Below are positions 40,001-50,049 of a stretch of DNA of 64,000 nt, piece after piece. The notes beneath the pieces are model-generated. The model was not told the origin of the DNA. It saw only the letters and a program-made list of their open reading frames with translations, and did no database searches. A program made the translations under genes and the position numbers. Each line of letters starts with the position of its first letter. Position 1 is the stretch's first letter. The DNA comes from an uncultured delta proteobacterium. Its GTDB lineage: Bacteria > Myxococcota > Kuafuiibacteriia > Kuafuiibacteriales > Kuafuiibacteriaceae. The stretch is taken from the NCBI GenBank assembly GCA_963803435.1, contig CAWDML010000004.1, forward strand, positions 160,001-224,000, given 5' to 3'.

Positions 40001-42111
40001 AGGGTCGCCGCGGATCAACCCGCCGGCGGCCGTGGTGTAGACGGCGTCGTCGTCGTCGACGTACTCGACGGGGACGTCGAGCGCACAGGCGAACCTCTCC
40101 GGTGAGGCGGTCTCGGCGCGGACGCGATTGTGAGAGAAGTCGTCGAACCGGCGACCGATCGAGTGGAGCCAAGAGAGCGCGCGGAACGTGACGGTGACGA
40201 CCGCGAGCGCGGCCTGCGGCGGCAATGTCAACCCGTCTTGCAGGCGCTCCGGGGTGGGAACCCGGCGCACGAAGGCGGTGTAGTCGGGGCCGAGGGGGAG
40301 CTCCGAGAAGAAGGGGACGAACAGGGCGGGCTTCTCGGCAATCAACCAGCGGAGCGCCTCGGCCCGGGCCTTCGCGTCGTAGTGGGCGGGCTCTCGGCGC
40401 CCGACGTGGACGACCACGGGCTCGCCCGCGAACACCGCGTCGTAGCTCATCATCCCTTCCGGCGTCTGGCCTCGCCATCCGATCGCCTCGAAGCCGGCGC
40501 GCTCGAGCTGCGTCTCGAGGGGCTCCGGCGCCCGCCGCGGGAGGGCGGCGCCGCCGGAGGAGTCGGTGACGTTCCAGCTGGGCTCGGTCCTCGCCTCCGC
40601 GGTCGGCGTCCCCGGGGCGACCGAAGTGTTGGTGGCCTCGACGTCGAAGTCCTCGAGCGCGTCCAGGTCCGGCGAAGTGACCGCTCCCGGGATCGGGCTG
40701 GCGGTGGTGAGGGTCGACTCGTCGAGCGCCGGACTGCCGGTATGCGTGGCCTCCTCGAACGGCTCCGAACGGGCCGCCTCGAACAGCGCCGCCTGCAGCA
40801 TCACGGTCTCGCCGGCGCCTTCGAGCTCCGGCTCGAGCTCGAGGTCGACGTCGTCGCCCGGCGCCGGCTCTGGCGGCGCCGCGGGCGGCGGTTCCGGCGG
40901 AGCCTCCTCCTTCTTGCCGAACCAGCGCGAGAACGCCGAGCCGACTGTGCCGAGCACGCTCTTTCGGTCCCTCGGGAGCGGCGCGGGCGAAGGCCGCGCA
41001 CCCGGCTCCTCCCGCGGGAGCCCGCTGCGCGGCCGGATCGCGGGCTGGGCCGGGAGCGTCGGAGGCGCCTCGGCGCTCGACGATGAAGGGGGTGGCGGAG
41101 GCGCGCTGGCGGGCCGGGCGGACTTCGCGACCGGCGGGCGCTCGAACGCGCCGGTGTCCGCCTCCGAGGCGCGGCTCCTGGTCGGCGCGGGCAGCGACGG
41201 GCTCCGCTTCGCCACCTTCTGCTTCTGCTTCTTGTCGACGTCGCCGAAGCCGAGGAGGTCCAGCTCGCCCAGGACCTGGCTGGCACTTCGGGGTCGCGCC
41301 TCCGGATCCTTCTCGAGCATCCACATCAGGAGATCGGAGAGCTCCGGCTGGATCGGATCGACCAGCCCCACCGGCGGAACCGCGTCTTCCTGGACGATCC
41401 GCATCAACACCGCCACCGGCGAGTCGGCGTGGAAGGGCGGGCGGCCGGTGAGCGCGGCGTAGATCGTCGAGGCGAGCGAGAACAGAATCGCTCCGCCCGT
41501 CGACGTGCCTCCCCTGCGCCTGCTCGGGCGACATGAACCCGGGTGTCCCGTAGAATCGCGCCCGTCCGCGTGAGCGCGCGGGAGCCCGCGTGCCTCGCCA
41601 CTCCGAAGTCGATCAGCTTGACCAGACCGTCGCGGGCGTCCGGGAGGAAGATGTTGGAGGGCTTGAGATCACGATGGACGATGTCGAGCGCGTGCACGCG
41701 GTCGAGCGCCGACAGCACCGAGCGAAAGATCCAGATGGCGTCCCGCACCCCGATCGCACCGCCCGCCTTCTTCATGCGCGCGTCGAGGGCCAGCTCGCCG
41801 GCCCACTCGATGATCAGGAACGGCCGCTCGTCGAGACGTCCGGCGTCGAAGAGCCGGACCACGTTCGGGTGATCGATGCGCGCGAGGAGCTGCGCCTCCC
41901 GCTCGAGCCGCTCCGCGACCGCAGCGTTCGCCGTGAGCTCGGGACGGAGCACCTTCGCCACCGCCCGCCCGCCCGCGACCGCGTGACGGACGGTGAACGT
42001 CTCGCACATCCCGCCCTCACCGAGAGGAGCCACCACCTCCCACGTCCCGAGCCGTGAGCCGGCGCCAATCGGAATGGTGCGCTGCGAGAGCACGAGGCGT
42101 GATTCTGCCAC
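37027..42111 (-). CDS. Multi-domain protein with four Ser/Thr kinase(-like) domains and a HEPN-like domain (about 1693 aa after correcting three frameshifts)
   Basis: Removing single bases at 41553-7, 41485-9 and 39036-40 restores AIYGTPGFMSPEQ, RSDLFSL and ASDLFAAGVLL. This joins ORFs 41404..42111, 39888..41534 (start), 38576..41416 and 37027..39060. Confidence 0.8.
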
Positions 42112-42222
42112 GAGGAGCGGCCGCGAGCGGGATTCCCGTCATGGCGCCGCGAAACCCCGAAACGCGATGGAGAACAGCCGACTGAGACGCCGAGAACGGA
42201 TGCCCAGCGACGCGCAGCAGGA

Positions 42223-42690
42223 CTACCGAGGGAAGTCTTCGTAGTCACCGGCCCGGTCGTCGCCGGGGAAGGCGGCGGCGTGGTCGTTGCGGGCGCAGGC
42301 GATGATCGCGGCCTGCGACTCGAAGTCGTGGCAGGTGATCCCGTTGGCGGCGAGCACCGCCGCGGCGGCGAGCACCTCGGCGGGCTCGAACAGGATCAGG
42401 CCGCCGTGGGCGTAGAGGGAGCCCTCGCGCAGCGCGAGGATCCGGGCCTCGTCGAGCGGGACCTTCGCGTTGGCCAGCGCCCGCGCCTTCAGCGCCGAGA
42501 GCGCGGGGGCGGAGCTCTCCCCGGCGGAGCCCACGTGATCGCCGTAGTGGCCGGCGCCCGAGCGGACGGCGCCGGAGCGATCGAGATCCTCGACGTCGAG
42601 CCGCCTGCGCGGGCGCTCGACCCCGGCGTTCCGATCCGGCGGGCGGATCCAAAGACCGAGGCGTGCGCCGACGCGCTTCATCCACTCCAT
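42223..42690 (-). CDS. Hypothetical protein
   Basis: ATG 42690 lies just downstream of the thioredoxin-TPR gene; composition is plausible. Confidence 0.5.
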   Translation of the reverse strand: MEWMKRVGARLGLWIRPPDRNAGVERPRRRLDVEDLDRSGAVRSGAGHYGDHVGSAGESSAPALSALKARALANAKVPLDEARILALREGSLYAHGGLILFEPAEVLAAAAVLAANGITCHDFESQAAIIACARNDHAAAFPGDDRAGDYEDFPR

Positions 42691-42697
42691 GGTGACG

Positions 42698-43987
42698 TCA
42701 GCTCTTCTGATCGAGCGCTTCGACCTGCTTCGCCTTCCCCTCGAGCTCGGCAATCCAGGGCTCGCGGACCTGCGACGGGTTGATGTGCTTGAGGTGCGCC
42801 CGGGCCGCCTCAATCGTGGCCTTGGCCCGCGCCACGTCCTTCTTCGCGAGCAGAAGATCGATCTTGGTGGAGAAGAGGCGGACCTTGCGGCCGCCGTAGC
42901 CGAGCTTGAGCGCGCGGTCAATCGACGTCAGCCCGCGGTCGAGCTCGCCCTTCTTCAGGTAGACCATCGCGAGGCGCCAGGGATGATTGAAGTCCTTCGG
43001 CTGCGCCTTCTCCGACGCCGTCAGCATGGTAATGGCGTCGTCGTATCGCCCGAGACGGAGGTAGGCCTCCACCCGGTGATACTCGAAGGTGGCGCGGGCC
43101 TCGGGCGTCTTGGCCGCCTTCGCGGCGCTCTCGAGCATGGTCACCCAGCGGCCGACGGTGGCCTCGGCCCGGGCCTTGTCGCCGAGCTCATCGTAGAGGT
43201 CGACCATCGTCGCCAGGTAGGCCGCGCAATCATCGACCGCGAGCAGGGGGTTGTCGTCGCGCACGCCCTTCTGCAGGCGGGCGCCGACCTTCGCGAGGAT
43301 CGCGTCGCGCTCCGTCTTGTCGGTGATCGCCGAGGCGCAGTCGGCGACCATCGCCACCGAGTCGAGCCCCTGCGCCGAGTCCTCGACGGCGTCGAGATAC
43401 GGCGTCACCTCGCGGGCGCAGGCCTTCGGATCGGTCCGGTAGAGCGACTCGACCAGGCCGTTCACGATCCGGCTCTTCGTCTTCGGATCGAGCTTCTCGT
43501 TCTTGAGCGCCTCCTGGAAGATCTTGTGCGCCTGGTCATAGCTCTTGCTCTGGAGCGCCAGCTGCCCCCGGTGGAGCGAGTCCCCGTCGTTCTTGGCGGC
43601 CTCGCTGAAGAACGCGGCCATCTCCTGGCTGGTGCCCGAGCCGGTCCAGCGCGCCACCACCTTCTCGGTCGCGGGATCGACGACGAAGTACGTGGGGATG
43701 CCGCCACCGGGCGGGAAGGCCTCGAAGAACGGGCCGTTGCGGGGCTCGTCGAAGTTCATCGCCAGCCACGTCATCCTGTCCTTGAGCGCGACGACCGGCG
43801 CCTCGTTGAGCACGTAGTTGGTCATCGACAGGCACGTGTGGCACCAGGTGGCCCAGACGTCGACGGCCACCATCTGCTTCTTCGCGAGGGCCGTCTTCTT
43901 GGCCCGGCTCCAGTCGTCCTGGATCCAGGCGATGCCGGAGTTGCCGTGCGCCGGTGAGGTGGCCAGCAGAGCGAGCAGCGGGAGCAT
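42698..43987 (-). CDS. Exported thioredoxin-like protein with TPR repeats
   Basis: Signal peptide, DVWATWCHTC and TPR-like helical repeats. Confidence 0.8.
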   Translation of the reverse strand: MLPLLALLATSPAHGNSGIAWIQDDWSRAKKTALAKKQMVAVDVWATWCHTCLSMTNYVLNEAPVVALKDRMTWLAMNFDEPRNGPFFEAFPPGGGIPTYFVVDPATEKVVARWTGSGTSQEMAAFFSEAAKNDGDSLHRGQLALQSKSYDQAHKIFQEALKNEKLDPKTKSRIVNGLVESLYRTDPKACAREVTPYLDAVEDSAQGLDSVAMVADCASAITDKTERDAILAKVGARLQKGVRDDNPLLAVDDCAAYLATMVDLYDELGDKARAEATVGRWVTMLESAAKAAKTPEARATFEYHRVEAYLRLGRYDDAITMLTASEKAQPKDFNHPWRLAMVYLKKGELDRGLTSIDRALKLGYGGRKVRLFSTKIDLLLAKKDVARAKATIEAARAHLKHINPSQVREPWIAELEGKAKQVEALDQKS

Positions 43988-44027
43988 TCTGACTGTCGTA
44001 GTGCCGAGTCCCGACCTCGGTCAAGGT

Positions 44028-45840
44028 TCACTGGGCGTCGGCCGCGCCGTCGCCGCGCGGATCTGCGGCTCCCACCCGGGTTCCATCCGGAAGCACCTCG
44101 ATCGCGGTGGCGTTGCCCCACGCCTCCTGCTCGACCAGTCGATGGCCCAGCTCGACCAACTCGCGGCGGATGCGCTCGGGCAGCGCGTTCGGCTCCACGC
44201 GTGTCTCGTCGGGGAGCCACTGCATGTGAACGCGCGGCGCTGCGACCGCGGTCGCCAGATCCATGTCGCGGTCGATCACGTTCGTGATGATCTGCAGAAC
44301 CGTGGTGATGATCGTGGAGCCGCCGGGCGACCCGAGCGCCAGCCGGACCTGATCGTTCTGAAGAACGATGGTCGGCGTCATCGACGACAGCGGGATCTTG
44401 CCCGGCGCGATGCTGTTCGCCTCGCCGCCCACCAGGCCGAACGCGTTGGGCGCGCCGGGCGCGGCCGAGAAGTCGTCCATCTCGTTGTTGAGCAGGATGC
44501 CGGTCCTGGGCACCACCACCGTCGATCCGAAGGACGTGTTCACGGTTTGCGTCAGCGTCACCACGTTGCCCTGTGCGTCGATCACCGTCAGGTGCGTGGT
44601 CTCCTTCGACTCGGCGCGGGCGTTCTTGAGCATCTTCGGCGTCTCGATCCCGTTCGGCTTCCCGGCCGTGATCGTCTTGGAGCTCGACGCCTTCGCCGGG
44701 TCGATCGTCTGATAGCGCGCCTCCAGGTAGGCGCGGTCGAGCAGGCCGGGCAGCGGGATGTCGACGAACGCGGGATCGCCCATGAACACCGCGCGATCCG
44801 CATAGGCGCGCCGCATGATCTCGATCAGCACGTGGGTGTCGGCCGAGCTCCGCTGCGGCTTTCGTCCCCGCTTGTCCCCGTCGATCTCGAGCATCGTCAG
44901 CATCTGCAGCAGGTGGGTCCCGCCCGACGACGGCGGCGGCATGGTCACGACGGTGTGGTCCCGATACTTCCCCACCAGCGGCTCGCGAAACCGAACCTTG
45001 AACCCCTGGAGATCCGACAGCGCCAGGAGCCCGCCCAGCCGCTGACTCTCCCGCGCGATCGCCCGCGCCGAGTAGCCGTGCGTGAAGTCGCGGGCGCCGC
45101 GCCGCTTGAGACGCCGGAGCGTCTGCGCGAGGTCGGGCTGCTTGAGCCGCTCGCCCACCGGGTACGGCTCACCGTTCTTGAGGAACGCCTTGGCGGCGGC
45201 CTCGTTCTCCCGCAGGACCTCCAGGCGCTCCGCCGAGGACAGATGGAAGCTGGGCGTCACCAGGAAGCCGTCCTCCGCCAGCGAGAATCGCGGGATCGAG
45301 GACGTCCTCCAGCCGAAGGCGCCCGAAGCGCTTCTGCGCCACGTCGAGCCCGGGCACCATCCCTGGGACGGCGACCGCGCGAATCCCGTCGGTGGAGGCC
45401 TTCGGATCGACCTCGCCCTTGGTCAGGTACATGTCGCGGGACGCGCCCTTCGGCGCCAGCTCGCGGTAGTCGACCACCGTCGTCCTCTTGTGCTTCGCGT
45501 CGTAGAAGAGGAGGAAGCCGCCGCCGCCGACGCCGGCCGAGAACGGCTCCACCACCGCGAGCGCATAGGCGGTCGCGATCGCCGCGTCCATCGCGTTCCC
45601 GCCGCGGTTGAGGACCGCGATCCCGGCGCGCGACGCCTCGGGATGCGCGCTGACCACCACACCGCGCTTGCCGCGGGCGACGTTCGCCGGCGGTACCTCG
45701 GCCTGCGCCGGTACCGCGACGAGCAGCGAGGCGAGGGCCAAAGCTTGACGCCATCGCGCGGTCGTCCGATGGGAGACGGGGTTGGCGCCGGTGGACGAGA
45801 GACCGCTTCGCTTTCTGGACACCAAAGCGGAGAACTTCAC
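44028..45840 (-). CDS. ggt: Gamma-glutamyltransferase (apparent frameshift near 45286; start uncertain)
   Basis: GGNAMDAAIA, GVGGGGF, DYRE.AP, PPPSSGG, ETTHL (Thr nucleophile), NNEMDDF, PLSSMTP, GSPGGSTI and AADPR. Confidence 0.92.
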
Positions 45841-46939
45841 CGTATTGCTCGATAGCCTGGCGAGCGAGCCGAGGCTAGCCCTGGATACGGAGTCGGATCC
45901 CTACCACCGCTACTTCGAGAAGGTGTGCCTGCTCCAGATCTCGAGCCCGACCGCAGATTACGTCTTCGATCCTTTGGACTTCGGCATGCCCGAGCCGATG
46001 CGGCGCCTGCTGTCCGACTCGGGCCGCCTGCTGGTCCTGCACGGCGCCGACTACGACGTGCGCGCGCTCAAGAAGGCCTTCCACCTGGATCTGGGCCGTC
46101 TGTTCGACACGTCGATCGCGGCCCAGATGCTCGGTCTCGAGGCGATCGGCCTCAAGGCGCTCCTCGAGCGGGAGCTGGGCGTCGTCATCGACAAGGGCGA
46201 GCAGCGCTCCGACTGGGCGCAGCGTCCCCTCAGCCGCGCGCAGCTCGAGTACGCACGGCAGGACGTCTCGCACCTGCTGTTGCTCGGCGAGCGCATGCGG
46301 GCCCACCTCGAAGCGGCCGGCCGCCTCGCCTGGGTCGAGGAGGAGTGCGCGCTGCTCCGCACGCGCGAGCCGGCGGAGAAGGTCTTCGATCCCGAGGAGT
46401 GGCGGAGCCTCAAGGGCGCCAAAGTGTTGGGGCCCAACGGCCGGAAGGTGCTCAGGGCCGCCTTCATCTGGCGGGAGCAGACGGCGCAGGCCGAGGATGT
46501 GCCCCCGTTTCGAGTGCTGCGCAACGACATGCTGCTCCGCCTGGCGCAGTGGCTGGAGCGCGACCGACGGCAGGCGCATCGTCTCGAACGGATACGTTTC
46601 CTTCCGGTGCGCCCCGATCTCGAGGCGCTGTCGGCGGCGGTGGTCGCAGGGCTCGAGGGTCCGGATCCGGGCGCGGGCAAGCTCGTGAAACCTGCGCGCA
46701 AGGACCCGCTCCCCCTCGACAAGGAAGCCCGCAGCCGGCTCGATCGTTTGCGGAGCGGGCGGGCGGACTGGGCGGCGGCCCTCAAAATCGATGCGGGCTT
46801 CTTGATCTCCGGGACAGTCCTGAGGCGATGTGCCGCGAGCAATCCAAAAAATGTCAATGAGCTCGCACAGATAGAAGGTATGACCGACTGGCGGATCGAA
46901 GCGCTCGGCGACCGGATTCTGGAGGCGCTCCGGTTATGA
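45782..46939 (+). CDS. rnd: Ribonuclease D (DEDDy 3'-5' exonuclease with HRDC)
   Basis: LALDTE, CLLQIS, HGADYD, LFDT.IAA, SDWAQRPLS..QLEYA..DV and HRDC-like tails. Confidence 0.9.
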   Translation: MAPVDERPLRFLDTKAENFTVLLDSLASEPRLALDTESDPYHRYFEKVCLLQISSPTADYVFDPLDFGMPEPMRRLLSDSGRLLVLHGADYDVRALKKAFHLDLGRLFDTSIAAQMLGLEAIGLKALLERELGVVIDKGEQRSDWAQRPLSRAQLEYARQDVSHLLLLGERMRAHLEAAGRLAWVEEECALLRTREPAEKVFDPEEWRSLKGAKVLGPNGRKVLRAAFIWREQTAQAEDVPPFRVLRNDMLLRLAQWLERDRRQAHRLERIRFLPVRPDLEALSAAVVAGLEGPDPGAGKLVKPARKDPLPLDKEARSRLDRLRSGRADWAAALKIDAGFLISGTVLRRCAASNPKNVNELAQIEGMTDWRIEALGDRILEALRL

Positions 46940-47013
46940 TCGCGCGTCGATCGGTGATAGCGTCGCCGGCCGATGTGGTGAGGGATCACCCGTCGTCCGC
47001 CCGAGTGAAGGCA

Positions 47014-47706
47014 ATGAAATACGTGACCCAACTTTCCGGAATTCTGTCTCTGTTCATCGCCACGTCCGCGTTGGCCCAAGATCCGAAGACGACGGATCCC
47101 GCCGACGCCACCCCGCCCGTGAAGAGCGGACCGGTCATCGAGGACACCGACTATGCGATCAAGCTCCGCAACCTGGAGGAGCGCGTCAACGACCTGAAGG
47201 AGCGGATCTTTCGGAGCAAGGCCCGGCTGATCCTCCTCCGTGAGACCGTCCTCAACGGCGTGATCTCCGGGGCCAAGGCCCACATCGTCCATCGAAACGA
47301 GATGGGCAGCTCCTTCTCCCTCGAGCAGATGAGCTACTCGCTCGACGGCGCGCCGCTCTTCAACAAGACCGACACCGAGGGCGGCCTCGATGATCAAGAG
47401 GAGATCGAGCTGTTCAACGGGAGCATCGTCCCGGGAAACCACAACATCTCCGTCTACCTTCTGTACCGCGGTAATGGCTACGGCGTGTTCAGCTACCTCA
47501 AGGGCTACACGTTCAAGATCAAGTCGAGCTACGCGTTCACCGCCGAGGAAGGAAAGATCACGACGGTCAAGGTCGTCGGGTACGAGCAGGGCGGCTTCAC
47601 CACCGACCTGAAGGATCGGCCCGCGGTCCGCTACGACGTCGAGGTCAAGCAGGACATGCCCGATCAGCCGGCAGCGACCGAAGGCCAAGAGGAACAGACC
47701 AAATGA
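47014..47706 (+). CDS. Exported coiled-coil/beta-sandwich protein heading the Glt-like cluster
   Basis: Signal peptide from MKYVTQ, coiled coil YAIKLRNLEERVNDLKERIFRSKARL, and a beta-rich C-domain. Stop overlaps the next start. Confidence 0.75.
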   Translation: MKYVTQLSGILSLFIATSALAQDPKTTDPADATPPVKSGPVIEDTDYAIKLRNLEERVNDLKERIFRSKARLILLRETVLNGVISGAKAHIVHRNEMGSSFSLEQMSYSLDGAPLFNKTDTEGGLDDQEEIELFNGSIVPGNHNISVYLLYRGNGYGVFSYLKGYTFKIKSSYAFTAEEGKITTVKVVGYEQGGFTTDLKDRPAVRYDVEVKQDMPDQPAATEGQEEQTK

Positions 47707-50045
47707 CCAGGCTTCGCTGGCTCATCGCGGCGTCGGTCCTGCTGGGGACGGCGCCCGCGAGCGCGCAGGAGATCAGCTTCGACAAGGCGACCCAGCTCGC
47801 CAACGAGGTCGACTCCGAGATCGCAGTGATGCAGCGCGATCTCGACGTGGTGGAGAAGGGCTACGGCGCGCCGGTCCCCACCGAGGTCACCAAGGTCGAC
47901 CGCCGCCTCCGCGAGGGCGAGATCCACTTCCTGCTCAACGACTACCTGCGTGCGTCGATCGTGCTGCTCGACGTCGTCGAGGACGAGGCCAACAAGAGCC
48001 ACCCCCGCTACGACGATTGCGTGTTCCTGCTCGCGGAGTCGCTCCGCAAGTCGAAGAACTACAGCGGCGCCCGCAGGAACTACGAGGAGATCCTCCCGCG
48101 CGCCAGCGGGGATCGGCTGAAGGACGTGGTCCTCGGTCTCCTCGAGATCGCGAACGCCACCAACCACTACGAGGACGTCGATCGCTACATCGGCCGCCTG
48201 CGTCAGGCCGGCACGCTGTCGCGCCCCGACGTCGATTACATCTACGGCAAGATGCTGTTCCGCAGCGCCTCGAACGATCCGTCCCAGATCCAGCGGGCCC
48301 TCGAGGTCTTTCGTGGAGTGCCGGCTGGCTCGAGCGTGTCGGGCCCCGCGAGCTACTACGCGGGCGTGGCGCTGGTCCGGCTGGGTCGATACGAGGACGC
48401 GATCACGCAGTTCCAGGACACGATCGCGAAGGGGAAGGGCAACGCGCAGCTCCTCGAGCTGGCGAACCTCTCGCTGGGGCGCCTCTACCAGGAGCTCGGA
48501 CAGATCTCGAAGAGCACCGACGCGTACCAGGAGATCTCGCAGAACTCGCCGTACTTCTCGGACATGCTCTACGAGGTCGCCTGGGCGCACGTGACCTCTG
48601 CGAACAAGGCCACCCAGGAGGCGGAGCAGAAGCAGGAGTTCCTCCGCGCGCTGCAGGCGCTCGAGCTGTTGATGGCCGCTTCGCCGACCTCGCGCCTCTA
48701 TCCGGAGGCGCGCATTCTGCAAGGTAACCTGCAGATTCGCCTCGGCGCGCCCGAGACCGCCTACGACACCTTCCAGACCATCGTCGATCGCTTCGGCGGC
48801 GCCCGGGACAAGCTGGCCGAGCTCCGGGTGCACGGCGATCCGCGCGAGTTCTTCGACCAGCTGATGAGCCGCGATCTGGACGCCGTGATGGCGACCAGCA
48901 TCCTACCGCCGCTCGCGGTCAGCTGGGCGCTCGAGGAGCAGGACATGGGTCGCGCCGTCGCGATGCAGCAGGACCTCGACGCCAGCTCCAAGTACCTCAA
49001 GGAGTCCCGCGAGCTGGTGGAGATGCTCAGCGACGCGCTGATCGGGGAGCAGAAGTATCGCATGGTGCCGGGCCTGGCGCGGGCGCGGGCCAAGGCGCTC
49101 TCGATCGAGAACCGGATCATCGCGGTGGACGATCGGCTGCGCTCGATCGAGCGGCGCGCGCTGCTCGCCTACCTCTCGGAGGGCGACCGGGCCAAGATCG
49201 CGGAGATCGATGGCCGCGCCGACGCGCTGGAGAAGGAGCTCGACGCGCTGCCGATGTCCGACACCGACGTCGAGGCCAACCGCGAGAAGATCAAGGAGAG
49301 CTACCTCGAGACCAGCCGCCACGCCTACCGGCTCACCTATCGAGTGGGAGCGATGCGGGCCCAGCTGGTGGCGGTCGAGCTCTGGCTGGGCCAGAACCGC
49401 GAGCACCTGACGGCCGACGCCATCCGGCTGACGCAGTCGCGGATCAAGGCCTCGCGCGCGGAGGTCACGGAGCTCGAGGAGGCGCTCGACGCGCTCCAGA
49501 GCGAGATCCGCCGCGCCACCATGATGGCGGAGTCGGACGCGGGTCGAACCCGGGCGATGCGCACGCGCGATCAGCTCGAGGGCGTGCTCGCCGAGGAGAC
49601 CGCGCTGCTCCACGGGCGGCGCGCGGCGGCCCCCGGCGATCTCCAGGGCCTGTTCGCGCGGCTCGATCAGCAGCGCGGCGGGCTGGCCAAGATCGGTGAG
49701 AACCTGGCGCGGCTCCAGACCTCGCTCGACGCACAGGTTCGAGACCGCGTCGACGAGATCCGCAAGGAGATCGCCGTCGAGGTCAACCGGATGGGGCAGT
49801 ACGAGACCGAGCAGGGCGAGCTGTCGCAGGAGACCGACCGTCTCCTCGGGCCGGTCGCGTCGCGAACGCTCGAGTCCGTGGGGGAGCAGTTCCGCGATCT
49901 GGTGCTGCGCGCAGACGTCGGGATCATCGATGTGGCCTGGGCGCGCAAGCAGGTGGAGACCGAGAAGGTCAACGCTCTGATCAAGGAACAAAGGGAGCGG
50001 ACGCAGGAGCTCGAGGAAGAGTTCTCGGACGTCTTGAAGGACTAG
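47703..50045 (+). CDS. Exported TPR/coiled-coil protein, GltC-like
   Basis: Signal peptide, TPRs (YQEISQNSPYFSDMLYEVAW), long coiled coil, and ADVGIIDVAW near the end. Confidence 0.7.
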   Translation: MTRLRWLIAASVLLGTAPASAQEISFDKATQLANEVDSEIAVMQRDLDVVEKGYGAPVPTEVTKVDRRLREGEIHFLLNDYLRASIVLLDVVEDEANKSHPRYDDCVFLLAESLRKSKNYSGARRNYEEILPRASGDRLKDVVLGLLEIANATNHYEDVDRYIGRLRQAGTLSRPDVDYIYGKMLFRSASNDPSQIQRALEVFRGVPAGSSVSGPASYYAGVALVRLGRYEDAITQFQDTIAKGKGNAQLLELANLSLGRLYQELGQISKSTDAYQEISQNSPYFSDMLYEVAWAHVTSANKATQEAEQKQEFLRALQALELLMAASPTSRLYPEARILQGNLQIRLGAPETAYDTFQTIVDRFGGARDKLAELRVHGDPREFFDQLMSRDLDAVMATSILPPLAVSWALEEQDMGRAVAMQQDLDASSKYLKESRELVEMLSDALIGEQKYRMVPGLARARAKALSIENRIIAVDDRLRSIERRALLAYLSEGDRAKIAEIDGRADALEKELDALPMSDTDVEANREKIKESYLETSRHAYRLTYRVGAMRAQLVAVELWLGQNREHLTADAIRLTQSRIKASRAEVTELEEALDALQSEIRRATMMAESDAGRTRAMRTRDQLEGVLAEETALLHGRRAAAPGDLQGLFARLDQQRGGLAKIGENLARLQTSLDAQVRDRVDEIRKEIAVEVNRMGQYETEQGELSQETDRLLGPVASRTLESVGEQFRDLVLRADVGIIDVAWARKQVETEKVNALIKEQRERTQELEEEFSDVLKD

Positions 50046-50049
50046 AGCA

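Noticed and set aside
37027-45840. Pseudogene decay or programmed frameshifting in the multi-kinase gene and ggt
   Set aside because: The breaks share one sequence context, there are no slippery runs or in-frame stops, and motifs are intact, so sequencing error is more parsimonious.
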